Origin: Lingula anatina
Taxonomy: Eukaryota; Animalia; Brachiopoda
Reading direction: 5' to 3'
Assembly (NCBI GenBank): GCA_051362555.1
Contig: CM120649.1
Coordinates: 10,106,001 to 10,170,000, forward strand
DNA length: 64,000 bases
The translations under genes were made by a program, and so were the position numbers. The notes below the pieces were generated by a model. It was not told the DNA's origin. It did no database searches and worked only from the letters and a program-made list of their open reading frames with translations. This document shows positions 43,872 to 55,457 of the stretch, one piece after another. The first letter of the stretch is position 1; each line of letters starts with the position of its first letter.

Positions 43872-45905
43872 TTTAATATCAAAACATCAAAGAAAACTTT
43901 AACATTATTTGGTGCACTTTTTGCTGTCATGTTTCAGCATTTGTCAGTTTTGCTGGTTTGTTTCCTGTATGGTGTCTGTGTATTTCTCAGCTTTGCTTTC
44001 TAATCAGTTTCGGTGTGTTAAACACATTAAAAAATTAAACAAATTGAGCAATGACAAATCTTCATGTGATTTATATGTCATGTTGCATATATTTCTTAAT
44101 TTCAGAAAGGAAAATACCACCTACTTGGAGAATATTTATGTTCCATTGAAACTTCTTTCCATGGGGTTTATGGAAATAAGACTAGGATAGGATTTCTCTT
44201 CTTACTCTTAGAATGAAGACAGAACAAAGAAAGATATATAATTTAATTGACACTGTTGGAGATGTGTCATTTGTGAAGTTGAAATGTTCATTCTTCGCAC
44301 TCAATAACACTAAAACAAGGAATAATGTCATGTACAGTGTTTAAATAACACTTTTTGTACCTCTGATTCACAAGACTATTTAGAGTAGATTATTCAAGTT
44401 TATTCATTTTGTTAAAAATATTTTTTGGCTTGTAAGGCTTGAATGATTTTGATTGTTTTTTATAGAGCATAGCAAAACAGAGTTTCTCCTATCGTTTCTT
44501 ATTTTGTGAGTACAGTTAATTTGAAATTGAAAGTAAAACAGATGTGTAATAAAAATATTTGTCTTTACTTAGAAATGAACAAAATATTATTTTCCATGGC
44601 TATTATAAACCCCTGGTTTTGTTACAGACATGCTGTTCTGGTTCACATATTGGCATTTTCAAGGTGTGACTTTGAAGTTCCACAGGCTTGAAGACCCATG
44701 CTAGTCACATTTTCTGAAAATCCATGATACATATATTTTATTATTAAAAATTGATGGTCATTATGCTGTTAACCATTATGTAATATGGCATCAGAATAGA
44801 AGAAAACACAATTTTGGGTGCTGCTGCCATGATGACCATTATGGGAAAACCATGTTACTTATGATTGCCAAACTTTCAAAAAAGAAATACAGGACTAAAA
44901 TGCAGTCTGAGTTGGAAAAGCAGTCTAAGTGACTTCTTTTTCTGGAAGTTATACATTTTCAAAGTGTAAACTTGTCACATATTTTAATTACATTGGTATT
45001 ACCTGTTGAGGATAATTAAAATTTGATGTTGAATTTGCAGTTTAACATAATGTATTTTTGCATCAGAATTGACAGTAGCCTATTTTGTGCATAGTTATTT
45101 CCTGTTTTTTGTCTGTACATTTGACAGCTTTGCTGCCTTGTTTACTGTTCAGATTACATGTTACAAAGAGAATCTATGCATGTCAAATCCCAGACAGTTT
45201 GGCTTTAAAACATCCCAATGAACTTATTTTCCAAGTGAAAATTAATTACTGTGGTTACTAGTTCTAAGTAAAATAGTGTACGCTAAATTAAAAATATTTT
45301 TCACACTAGACCTACAATTATTATTGTTATCCACATATCAATACATCTACATGATTCCTGTAATAATAAGAGTTGGAGCCAACTGTGTTGGACCTATAAC
45401 ACAGTTTTAACATTGCTTACAAGGCAAAAGTAATATCTGAATTTTCTGATATAAATTTAAAGCTGCAGGCGGACAAAAATAAAATCTCTAAATCACATAA
45501 GAGAGTGGTCATGACCATTTAAAACCTAAAAATCTAAACAAACAAAAAAAAAACTAAAAAAAAAAAAAAAACACTTTGGCTTGGTCATGGTGTTTTCCAA
45601 ACCTCTGAAAAGGACAAAACAATTGGTTATGTTGGTACACTACAAAAATTATGTCAGGGGACAGGGTGTGAATTCTTTAACTACACATTTGTTGTATTAC
45701 CACTACCAAGCAACGTTCAGTAAAACCTACATGCAATATCCTAACTTGAAACTGTTCAGCTAATATTTTCAGTATATCAAAAAGCAATTAACAATAAGTT
45801 ACCATACGATTTAGTGAAAGGTTTTCTATTCATAAATTCTATTGTTACAGTATGCAATTATGCAAGCAGGAATGTAGCCTTACTTTAACTACATCAGCAA
45901 ACTTA

Positions 45906-46152
45906 GGGACCATTCCCACAGATATTTGGATTGATCTATCTCCCTGGGGAGTCTCACTAAATTGCTATCAAACTAACCAGCTTAAACGTCTGTCATGCCT
46001 AGTAAAACTGTTAAGGGGTAATTACCTTTACCGCTAGCTGATTCGGTAAGTGTGACAGACATTTAAGCCTCTTGAGCGGACTGCAATTTAGCGTGAATCC
46101 CCAGGAAGTTAGGTCGATCCAGATAGATCGATCTAAGTATGGGAACCCAGTC
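45906..46152 (-). mobile_element. PIF/Harbinger-type MITE, copy 3 (inverted)
   Basis: TTA at 45903-45905 and 46153-46155; internal TTTAGCGTGAATCCCCAGGAAGTTAGGTCGATC is the reverse complement of the core of copies 1 and 2. Confidence 0.85.
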
Positions 46153-47587
46153 TTAGCCTAGATGGAGTCATGCATAGATGGAATAAGTAACTAACCTTCT
46201 GTGTATGGTTTCAAGTGAATATAACTAAGGCACCTTGGTTTTTAGCTCTTTCCCTTCCATTCTGCTTCTGGTCCATTTTTTTTACCCTAGAAGTATTACA
46301 TGTATTATGAGAATTGTATGCAAGCAAGCCACAGTGGTACTATAGAGCTTTGATAATGTATATTTTGACATGCTGAATTGCTAGCTACATTTTATTTTGC
46401 ACCCACCCCCAATATACTACTAATATCTGTATCTTTAAGTCAAAATTAAGAAATAACAACTGTTCGTATGCAATTAATATTTCACAATAAAAACATTGTA
46501 AATATTTCCTAGAATTATAATGAATAACACTTTACCACCAAAACAGTGATTATTACTATTATTCTTGAATCTGTGCTTGCCATCTGACGAGATGGACCTT
46601 CATGATATGATTCTTACAAAAAACATGGACTATACTAACTTTGAATGTCAGAATGGAGTCATTAACAGTATAGAAAATTGTTTACCCTAGGAAAATCTGG
46701 TTTTTGGACAAAATGAACAGTTGTTCTTCCTTTGAATTTAATTTTAATCAAAATTGTATGAAATATGACAAAAATATATGCATTGAATAAGTGAAAAAGT
46801 GGATGATGATTATGATTTACCTGTATGGTCCAATCCAATCTGTCTCTAGCTTGCCACTTTTCCACCCAACCTTATGAAAGTTTTTCTGCAGAACTTTCAT
46901 TCCCCATTCTAATTGAAATACTACCACATTCTTTCCTTCCTTTGCCTCATACTATCTCTTGTTCTTTGGACGATAATTTTGACAAATCTTGTCAAATATT
47001 TCTGAAATTTTTACATATGATACTTAACAACAATAAAAATATGTGATAAGCTGATCAGTTGAACGTGTCTGATGAAAAGTATTTTCTTTGGACGATATAT
47101 TTGAGAAAACTGAAAATTACAAAGAAAACACTGGCAAATTAAATGATTTAAAATAGTTAAACGTTAATAATTTTGACAAATCTTGTCCAATGTTTCTGAA
47201 ATCTGTACAAATGATGCTTAACAATAATAAAAGTCTGTGATAAGCTGATCAGTTGTCTGTGTCTTTTTTTTAAGTGTCAAGTTTATTGGAAATTGATAAT
47301 CAGAAGCGTGACAATTAAACAAAACAAATATTTCAATATTGCAATGTATTATTTACTATCGAAGGAAATGGCATATGTGATGATTTGAGTTTGTTTGTGT
47401 AGGAGGTTGCAAATTACCTGTAACTGTCATCTGGAAATCAATATATACCCATACAAGACTTCTCCTTACTTTCAATGCCAGATGCAGATTACTCCTTACA
47501 ATGGGTTTCTGGAATGGGTTGCTGTTAGCACAATATTTGACAATGCCCTAAATCTTGCCACATATCATGTATTGTACACATGGATAA

Positions 47588-48970
47588 TAATATAATAATA
47601 ATAATATATTTATTTAAAGTCTAAAATCCATAAAATATGTTCTGTAGACTTTACAAACTAAAAACTTAAAACACAGTAAGATGAATTGAATTAATAAAAT
47701 TATGACTTAATAGTCTGAGTTAAGATAATGATGTCCAGTTAATATTTCCGAGTTATAAAATGTTCTTTAATAAAATTTGTGAAAAAGGTATGTTTTTAAA
47801 GCTTTTTTAAAATCCTTCACTGAGCTAATGCTTCTCAAGTCTAGAGGTAATTTATTCCACTCATGTGGTGCTGCGTACTGGAATGATTTTTCGCCAAAAG
47901 ATTTTAGTCTTGCGTTCTGTGGTTTTAGTAATAATTGATCCTTAGATCTTAAGGTACGGTTTGGTGTGTAATGAGATACAAGATCACAAATAAAATCTGG
48001 AGCAAGTCCGTAAAAAGCCGCATGAGCATGAGTTAAAAGTTTGAATAAGATCCGGGCGTTTACAGGTAGCCAGTGAAGTTGTTTTAATATCGGTGTCATG
48101 TGATTCTCCATTGAAGTTCGGGTAAGAAGACGTGCTGATATATTTTGAATGCGTTGGACTTTCTTTGTTCTTTCTATGCTGCATCCATAAAGCAAGGAGT
48201 TACAGTAATCAAGCCTTGATGTTACTAGGGCATGAATGACCGTGGCAGTGGCAGAATCTGTTAAATTATTTCGTAGGGAACTGATATTTCTTATGTGATA
48301 CAAACAAGATTTTTTCACGTTGGCTATCTGCTTGTCCATGTTTAAAGTAGTATCAAAATACACCCCCAGATTTTTTGCATGAGGAGAAACCCCAACTATT
48401 GCAGATCCAATTTGTAGAGATAGTCCTTCAGCTAAGTGTTTTGAGTGTGGTTGAGTGATGACCATGAATTCGGTTTTTTCATCATTTAATTTTAGTTTAC
48501 TTTTGATCATCCATTCTCGCAAATCTGAAATGGCATAGGTCATTCTAGTTATTGCATCTCCAGGCTTAAGAATATCACAGTTAAGGTACAACTGGGTGTC
48601 GTCTGCATATATGTGATAGCCAACTTGATGATGTCGTAGTACAGCACCCAAGGGTAGTGTGTACATGCAAAATTTAATCGGTCCAAGAACACTGCCCTGT
48701 GGAACACCAAAAATCATCTGCTCAAGATCTGAAAGTACACCGTTGATGGATATCTGCTGTGTTCTACCAGTAAGATAAGACCGTAGGAGAGACAACGCCT
48801 TGTCCTTAATTCCAGCTGATTTCTCGAAGAATGATAGAAGAGTGTCATGGTCAACTGTATCAAATGCTGCTGAAAGATCTAATAGCACCAGTAAGACTGC
48901 AGAATGATTGTCAACACCAGTCAGAAGGTCATTTTTTATTCTCAGAAGAGCAAGCTCAGTGTTTTGTTTT
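47588..48970 (-). mobile_element. 5'-truncated L2-clade LINE inserted in the satellite
   Basis: (TAT)n tail at 47588ff. Host sequence CACATGGATAA|GACAGAGTGC is split, with GATAA on both sides (47583-47587, 48971-48975). Confidence 0.88.
47767..48960 (-). CDS. L2-type reverse transcriptase, C-terminal ~400 aa (no endonuclease; truncated)
   Basis: TELALLRIKNDLL...LLDLSAAFDTVDH, GVPQGSVLGP, YADDTQLY, LKLNDEKTE, SRLDYCNSLLYG, LHWLPV, APHEWNKLP. Confidence 0.93.
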   Translation of the reverse strand, partial: TELALLRIKNDLLTGVDNHSAVLLVLLDLSAAFDTVDHDTLLSFFEKSAGIKDKALSLLRSYLTGRTQQISINGVLSDLEQMIFGVPQGSVLGPIKFCMYTLPLGAVLRHHQVGYHIYADDTQLYLNCDILKPGDAITRMTYAISDLREWMIKSKLKLNDEKTEFMVITQPHSKHLAEGLSLQIGSAIVGVSPHAKNLGVYFDTTLNMDKQIANVKKSCLYHIRNISSLRNNLTDSATATVIHALVTSRLDYCNSLLYGCSIERTKKVQRIQNISARLLTRTSMENHMTPILKQLHWLPVNARILFKLLTHAHAAFYGLAPDFICDLVSHYTPNRTLRSKDQLLLKPQNARLKSFGEKSFQYAAPHEWNKLPLDLRSISSVKDFKKALKTYLFHKFY

Positions 48971-50499
48971 GATAAGACAGAGTGCTGCTCTTGATGCTGT
49001 CTTAAACTTCACTGCCTGCTTTTTCATGGTTAAGGTACTCTGGAAAAAGAACAATATAACTGAAAAAAACTGAAATACATCTAAAATTTTTACAAATGAT
49101 ACTAAACAACAATAAAAATCTATGATAAGCTGATCAGTTGACTGTGTCTAATGAAAAGTATTTTCTTTGGACGTTATATTTGAGAAAACTGAAAAATTAC
49201 ACTGAAAACACTGGTAAATTCCATGATTTAAAATTGTTAAACATTAATAATTTTGTCAAATCTTGTCAAATATATCTGAAATTTTTACAAATGATACTTA
49301 ACAACAATAAAAATCTGTCATAAGCCGATCAGTTGACTTTGTCTAATGAAAAGTATTTTCTTTGGACTATATATTTGAGAAAACTGAAAATTACACTGAA
49401 AACACTGGCAAATTCCATGATTTAAAATAGTTAAACGTTAATAATTTTGACAAATCTTGTCCAATGTTTCTGAAATCTGTACAAATGATGCTTAACAACA
49501 ATAAAAGTCTGTGATAAGCTGATCAGTTGTCTGTGTCTTTTTTCAAGTGTCAAGTTTATTGGAAACTGATAATCAGAAGTGTGAGAATTAACCAAAACAA
49601 ATATGTCAATATTGCAATGTATTAATTACTATCGAAGGAAATGGCATATGTGATGATTTGAGTTTGTCTGTGTAGGAGGTTGCAAATTACCTGTAACTGT
49701 CATCTGGAAATCAATATATACCCATACAAGACTTCTCCTTACTTTCAATGCCAGATGCAAACTACTCCTTACGTTAATAACCAAAACAAATATTTCAATA
49801 TTGCAATGTATTATTTACTATCGAAGCTAGAAATGGCATATGTGATGACTTGAGTTTGTTTGTGTAGAAGGTTGCAAGTTACCTATAGCTGTCATCTGGA
49901 AAGCAATATATACTCATACAAGACCTTTCCTTACTATCAATGTCAGATGCAGATTACTCCTCACAATGGGTTTCTGGAATGGATTGTTGTTAGCACAATA
50001 TTTGACAATGTCCTAAATCTTGCCACATATCATGTATTGCACACATGAATAAGACAGAGTGCTGCTCTTGATGCTGTCTTAAACTTCACTGCCTGCTTTC
50101 TCATGGTAAAGGTACTCTGGAAAAAGAACAATATAACTGAAAAAACTGTAAATTACATTGAAAACACTGGCAAATTCCATGACTTAAAATAGTTAAACGT
50201 TAATAATTTTGTCAAATCTTGTCAAATATTTCTGAAATTTTTACAAATGATACTTAACAACAATAAAAATCTGTGATAATCTGATCAGTTGACTGTGTGA
50301 CTAATGAAAAGTATTTTCTTTGGACAATATATTTGAGAAACCTCAATTGCACTGAAAACACTGGCAAATTCCATGATTTAAAATAGTTAAACGTTAATAA
50401 TTTTGTCAAGTCTTGTCCAATATTTCTGATATTTTAACAAATGATGCTTGACATCAATGAAAATCTGTGATAAGCTGATCAGTTGACTGTGTCTAACGT

Positions 50500-50869
50500 A
50501 AAACTACAATTAAGATAATTAATTGTATTTATGTAGGAAATGGTTTGTTTTTAGTGGTGGTAATAGCTTTGTTGGTAATCCATCTACGCTTTGTTTATAG
50601 GAAGTAGTCTGGGTTTAGGTCTTGTGTCTGCACATTTTGATCTTAAGTAGTTGACCAAGGCAAGGTGATAACAGATGTCCAGGGTCAAATTGTCTTAGCT
50701 GCTGTGTATCTAGGCACACAGTTAATTTTATATGAGTTTTAGGAAACTACTTCTTGCGAGCTGCATTAGCGAGAAGTCATTCAGCCTTTTAGCTGCGATG
50801 ATATGTACACGCAATTTCAGCAGCTTCACAGTATTATAATTTCTTGCGTTTCTTTATTTTAATTTTACA
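50500..50869 (+). repeat. Split direct repeat A1 (370 bp)
   Basis: Repeated at 56161-56530. Confidence 0.95.
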
Positions 50870-51439
50870 TTGGTTACCAGCCATCAACTTTTGTGATTTC
50901 AAGATTTGGGGACGGCCAGTTTCTTGATACTTGGTGACTGTATTTTCTTCGGATATTATTCTGTTTTTCCAAGCCACCAGTTTTGTTATCAAGTTTCGGC
51001 GACGGCTGTTTCCTTTTATTTGGGAGACTTCAACTTCAAGTTCTTGGATCATACACAGGCCAGTAATTTTATATTATCTTCATTTCCCCCTTATTCACGT
51101 GTTCTAATAATCAGATTTATAGTCTGTCATGTGCTGCAGTTGTTAATTAATTTGTTTAGATGTCACTTTATCGTGTTATTCTTTAAAAATTTTGTTTTCC
51201 TCTTTGTGTGTAGCTATTTTATTCATATTGATATTTTTACCGGGCCAGGAATTCCGCTGTTTTTACATTTTCGGCTGTCGTTGACATGCCGTAATCTGTA
51301 CGTTTCTGTCTTCATATTGTTTCCGTGTCCGCATTACCAGGTGCCGTGTTTTTATGGGTTTCTGGTCGACTAGGCTACATGCATTTTTGGAGTTGTTATG
51401 CTCTTTGTTTTGGGTGTACTTCCCCGTTGTTTACTTGTT

Positions 51440-51660
51440 CTGGGTGTATTTCCCAGGTGTTTAATTGTTTGCCTAGTAGTGAGAGCCCTGTGTGGTATCT
51501 GGTATACTAGGCTCTGGGAGTATTTCCCAGGTGTTTAATTGTTTGCCTAGTAGTGAGAGCCCTGTGTGGTATCTGGTATACTAGGTCCTGGGTGTATTTC
51601 CCAGGTTTTTTAATTGTTTGCCTAGTAGTGAGAGCCCTGTGTGGTATCTGGTATACTAGG
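51440..51660. repeat. ~73-bp x3 tandem repeat in the Ngaro 5' leader
   Basis: CTGGGTGTATTTCCCAGGTGTTTAATTGTTTGCCTAGTAGTGAGAGCCCTGTGTGGTATCTGGTATACTAGG, three copies. Confidence 0.95.
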
Positions 51661-52014
51661 TTTTTATTTTGGGGAGTTGTTATACTCCTGGTTTTTGGGG
51701 AGTCACCCAGCTGTTTGTGTGTTTGTCTAGTCAATTTTTACCGGATATCCCTGTTTTCAAATGCAAGGCTGAGCTGAGGCTGTTGCCTGCTTGGATAGGC
51801 TCTGGCGGCGGACTAGGAAATATAATATATATATAATTTTTTTTTGTTACACTTTTAATAAAACTATGGCTTATGGCATATCTACTCAGGCTATTTGTGG
51901 GTAGATGCCGTTTACTTTATTTACCTGGCCCGAAGAATTTTCTTTCTGATTATGTCATATGTACATTCAGTTGCCTTAGTGTGACCTTATTAGTTTCCTT
52001 TGTCTTTAGTTACT

Positions 52015-53036
52015 ATGCCTCCCAAGACCACTCCCGGGAGGAGTAGGCGGCCGAGGATGTCGGGTGTCTCCAATGCGCGCTCAGTTTCCAGCATACGAAG
52101 ACCGGCTGCGACATCAACTGCTACTAGAAGCAAGAGGCCGAGACCCACCGCCGCACCTACTTCAGAGACGGAATCGACCTCTACTACACCTGTTATCGAC
52201 TATGATTTGTTGGCACAGCGTATTATTGCTCACCAAACTGCATCAAACACAGAGATGTCGAGCGCTTCTTCTTCCGACCCCTCCCTTCAAGAGGCTCATG
52301 TTCAACAGCAGATACACAGTATCAGTGGTCTGATCGACAATGTTTTCACAGGTGAGAGTCATGTCACTTCAGCTCTACCTGTAGATTTAACTGATGGCAT
52401 TCCTTTAGGAGCTTTAATTCCACCCAAATTGAAGCAAAAGATTTGGAACAATGAGTTTATAGATTTCCGGCTCCTTCTTCCCTCCAACCATAATGATGAT
52501 TTCGCTATCAAGGTCCAGCCAATGAAATTTGAAGTGATCCATATGCCCTCGCAGAAATCGCCGATTACGCTTTACCAATGGACGGATGCCTTTTTTGTCT
52601 TTTCAGCGATTTTCTTACAAAATTTCCAAACGAGTCTGTGAACTTACTTAAGTACGGTTCAACTATTAGAGAATTAAGTAAGCTTCCCAATGCTAATGCT
52701 TGGCGTATTTATGATGACGCCTTTCGCAAATTACGAGCAACATCACTGGTCCCGTGGGAAAAAGTTATCCCCGAGTTACGGTTAAAAGTGGCAACCATGA
52801 ATGTTTCTCCCCCTTTTCTACGTCTATTTCGTCAAGGCGTCTGTTTTGCCTTTAATCGGGGGGACAAATGTGTCACTAGTCCATGCCAATATAAGCACTG
52901 TTGCCAGCACTGCCAGGGATTGCATCCTAGAATCAAATGCCGCACCCACCCTGCCCAGTTGCAGTCTCCGCCCACAAAATTGTCTCCCAACTCCAATAAA
53001 CCATACCCAGTTACAGCTGGAACTTCAAGGTTATGA
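52015..53036 (+). pseudogene. Ngaro gag-like ORF, split by a 1-nt frameshift near 52610
   Basis: MPPK... KLKQKIWNNEFIDFRLLL...QWTDAFFVFSAIF continues in another frame as LTKFPNESVNLLKY...WRIYDDAFRK...CFAFNRGDKC..C.YKH.C..C.GLH. Confidence 0.85.
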
Positions 53037-54552
53037 TCCTCATAAGGTTATTTTTCTCATCAATGGTATTTCCAAGGGTTTCCGCCTACATTGCACCGCG
53101 ACTCCTAGTATTCACACTCCTCATAATCATTTATCAGCACGTGCTCATCCTGGTGCGATTTTGGATTACATTGAATCGGGTTTAGCTTCTGGGCGGATTG
53201 CTGGCCCATTTTTTACTCCCCCTCTTACAGATTTTAAATGTTCACCATTACACGTTATTCCTAAATCTGAGCCTCAAAAATTCCGTGTTATTCACGACCT
53301 TTCCTATCCCCACCTGGACTCGGTTAATTCTAATATTCCCAGAGAATTTTCTGCAGTTCAGTACGACTCAATTGATACTGTCATCGCCCATGTCCAACAT
53401 TTCGGCCAAGGTGCTCTTTTAGCTAAGTCTGACATTCTAGATGCTTTCCGCATTTTACCTATTAGCCCGTTGGATTATCATTTGCTGGGTTTCTCTTGGA
53501 ATGGTTTATTTTATTATGAGAAATGTTTGCCCATGGGTGCCAGCTGTTCGTGCCAAATATTTGAATCACTGAGTACAGCTCTACAATGGATTATGTTGGA
53601 AAAATTTCATGCCTCGGCCATGTCCCATATACTGGTTGATTTCTGTTTCATTGGACCACCCATGTCCAATAAGTGTCAGGTTGATTTACAAAATTTTCTT
53701 GCCTTATGCAAACGGATTAACGTTCCCATTAATGCAAAGAAAACATTTACTCCAACCACTTGTTTAACTATTTACGGCATCGAAATAGATTCACTGCAAA
53801 TGGTAAGTCGTTTGCCACAGGACAAATTGAACAAGTGTTGTGTTTTAGTTTCCCAGCTTTCTTCCAGAAGAAAGGTACAATTGAAAGAATTACAATCTCT
53901 TATCGGTCTTTTAAACTTTGCCTGCTCAGTTGTAGTACCGGGCAGAGCTTTCTTACGCCGCTTAATTGATTTAACTCTGGGTGTTAGGCGCCCGCGTCAT
54001 TATATTCGACTCAATAGTGAAGCACGAGCGGACCTAGGCATGTGGCTTCATTTTTTACGTCACTTTAATGGAAAATCAGTCTTGCTACCATCGTCTTGGC
54101 AATCGTCTGATACCTTACACTTGTTCACAGATGCCTCGGGGTCGATAGGTTATGCGGCGGTCTTTGGCTGTCATTGGTTCTTTAATGAATGGGATGAGGT
54201 AGCTGCACTTTGGCATATCACAGTCAAAGAACTGTTTCCTATTGTTATTGCTTTGGAAATTTGGAAATCTCAGCTGATCAATAAGAAGATTCTTTTCCTT
54301 TCAGACAACCTGGCTGTTGTACATATTATCAACAAACAGTCTAGTGAAGATAAGTTAGTTATGTGTTTGATTCGGCGTTTAGTTTTGGTATGTTTAACGC
54401 ATAATATTCTCTTTAAAGCCAAACACATTCCTGGTAAATGTAACGTTGTTGCAGACAAACTTTCCCGCTCTCAATTTCAGGAGGCGAGGGTCACATTCCC
54501 ACTTTTGGACCTAGAACCGACTCCCATTCCCCATCACTTGTTGCGGCTTTGA
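52801..54552 (+). CDS. Ngaro reverse transcriptase / RNase H (catalytic xxDD reads ILVD)
   Basis: FRVIHDLS, LAKSDILDAFR, LPMGASCSCQIFE, HILVDF, LQSLIGLLNFAC, LFTDAS, ITVKELFPI, SDNLAVV, HIPGKCNVVADKLSR. Confidence 0.92.
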   Translation: MFLPLFYVYFVKASVLPLIGGTNVSLVHANISTVASTARDCILESNAAPTLPSCSLRPQNCLPTPINHTQLQLELQGYDPHKVIFLINGISKGFRLHCTATPSIHTPHNHLSARAHPGAILDYIESGLASGRIAGPFFTPPLTDFKCSPLHVIPKSEPQKFRVIHDLSYPHLDSVNSNIPREFSAVQYDSIDTVIAHVQHFGQGALLAKSDILDAFRILPISPLDYHLLGFSWNGLFYYEKCLPMGASCSCQIFESLSTALQWIMLEKFHASAMSHILVDFCFIGPPMSNKCQVDLQNFLALCKRINVPINAKKTFTPTTCLTIYGIEIDSLQMVSRLPQDKLNKCCVLVSQLSSRRKVQLKELQSLIGLLNFACSVVVPGRAFLRRLIDLTLGVRRPRHYIRLNSEARADLGMWLHFLRHFNGKSVLLPSSWQSSDTLHLFTDASGSIGYAAVFGCHWFFNEWDEVAALWHITVKELFPIVIALEIWKSQLINKKILFLSDNLAVVHIINKQSSEDKLVMCLIRRLVLVCLTHNILFKAKHIPGKCNVVADKLSRSQFQEARVTFPLLDLEPTPIPHHLLRL

Positions 54553-55457
54553 CTCCCACCACTCAACTACTTTTGCAAGCTTCATTGTCAGAGGGTACAC
54601 GAACAGCTTACAAGCGTTCCTGGAGGCTTTTCCTTTACAATAACCCTACCTCCTCTACTTTGCCATTGACTCTACAAGACATTTGTAATTTTATTGGGTT
54701 TCTTTACGAACAACAATATAGTGCTAGCTCTATTGTATCTCACATTTCAGCTATTAGCTACCTACACAAATTAATGAATGTGTTTGACCCTACTCAATTG
54801 TTTCTAGTGCGGAAATTGTTACAGGGGTGTCACAAAGTGCTCCCTTCCAAGGACGCCCGCTTACCCATTACTAGAGATATTTTATTAAAAATCGTCTTTT
54901 CTATGGAAAAAACGGTGCCTTCGGCCATCAATCGAATACTATTGAAAGCTATTTTTTTAGTCAGTTTTCATGCCTTTCTTCGCTTGGGAGAAATCACAGT
55001 TAAAACACGCAATGAATCGTCACAGGTGCTCCAAGTTCAAGACGTATCCTTTCATTTAGTCACAGATCCCCCAAAAGCCCATTTAACCTTCCGGCATCAT
55101 AAAACTCAGAGGGGAAATGAACCCTTAACTATCATTCTGACAGGTACATCTCACCCTGTACTTTGCCCGGTTCAAGCCTTGATACATTATCAAAAAATGT
55201 TTACGCATACTTTTGGTCCTTTCTTTCAATTTATTGATGGAGCGCCGGTCACTTATTCATATGTTACCTCAGAATTATCTAAAGCCCTTGCTTTTGCGGG
55301 ATTGGATATCAGCCGTTATAAAGGCCATAGCTTTCGGATTGGGGCAGCCACGTATGCTGCCCAATTGGGATATTCCGAATCCCTTATTCAAACACTTGGT
55401 CGTTGGAATTCCAACGCCATGCAAAAATATATCCGCATTAATTCTTTTAACCTGTAA
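54549..55457 (+). CDS. Tyrosine recombinase (YR) of the Ngaro element
   Basis: Catalytic set appears intact: HAFLRLGEI (R), HKTQ (K), CPV, GHSFRIGAAT (HxxR), LGRW (W), MQKYIR (Y). Confidence 0.95.
   Translation: MTPTTQLLLQASLSEGTRTAYKRSWRLFLYNNPTSSTLPLTLQDICNFIGFLYEQQYSASSIVSHISAISYLHKLMNVFDPTQLFLVRKLLQGCHKVLPSKDARLPITRDILLKIVFSMEKTVPSAINRILLKAIFLVSFHAFLRLGEITVKTRNESSQVLQVQDVSFHLVTDPPKAHLTFRHHKTQRGNEPLTIILTGTSHPVLCPVQALIHYQKMFTHTFGPFFQFIDGAPVTYSYVTSELSKALAFAGLDISRYKGHSFRIGAATYAAQLGYSESLIQTLGRWNSNAMQKYIRINSFNL

Larger units (their letters stand above)
16905..45143 (+). mobile_element. Giant Helentron (Helitron2-type rolling-circle transposon), apparently autonomous, with nested insertions
   Basis: 5' end: T-run, 14-bp palindrome TATGTACAGACACA-GA-TGTGTCTGTACATA (16908-16937), (GCCGAT)n and core repeats. 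3' end: subTIR TGTCTGTACAT (45110-45120), hairpin GACAGC-TTT-GCTGCC, then TTGTTT. A Rep/Hel/EN ORF lies between them on the same strand, and the same two ends are joined in the copy at 60581-62415. Confidence 0.8.

Noticed and set aside
54549-55457. Phage integrase / bacterial contamination
   Set aside because: Embedded with gag and RT/RH between split direct repeats, so it is the Ngaro YR.
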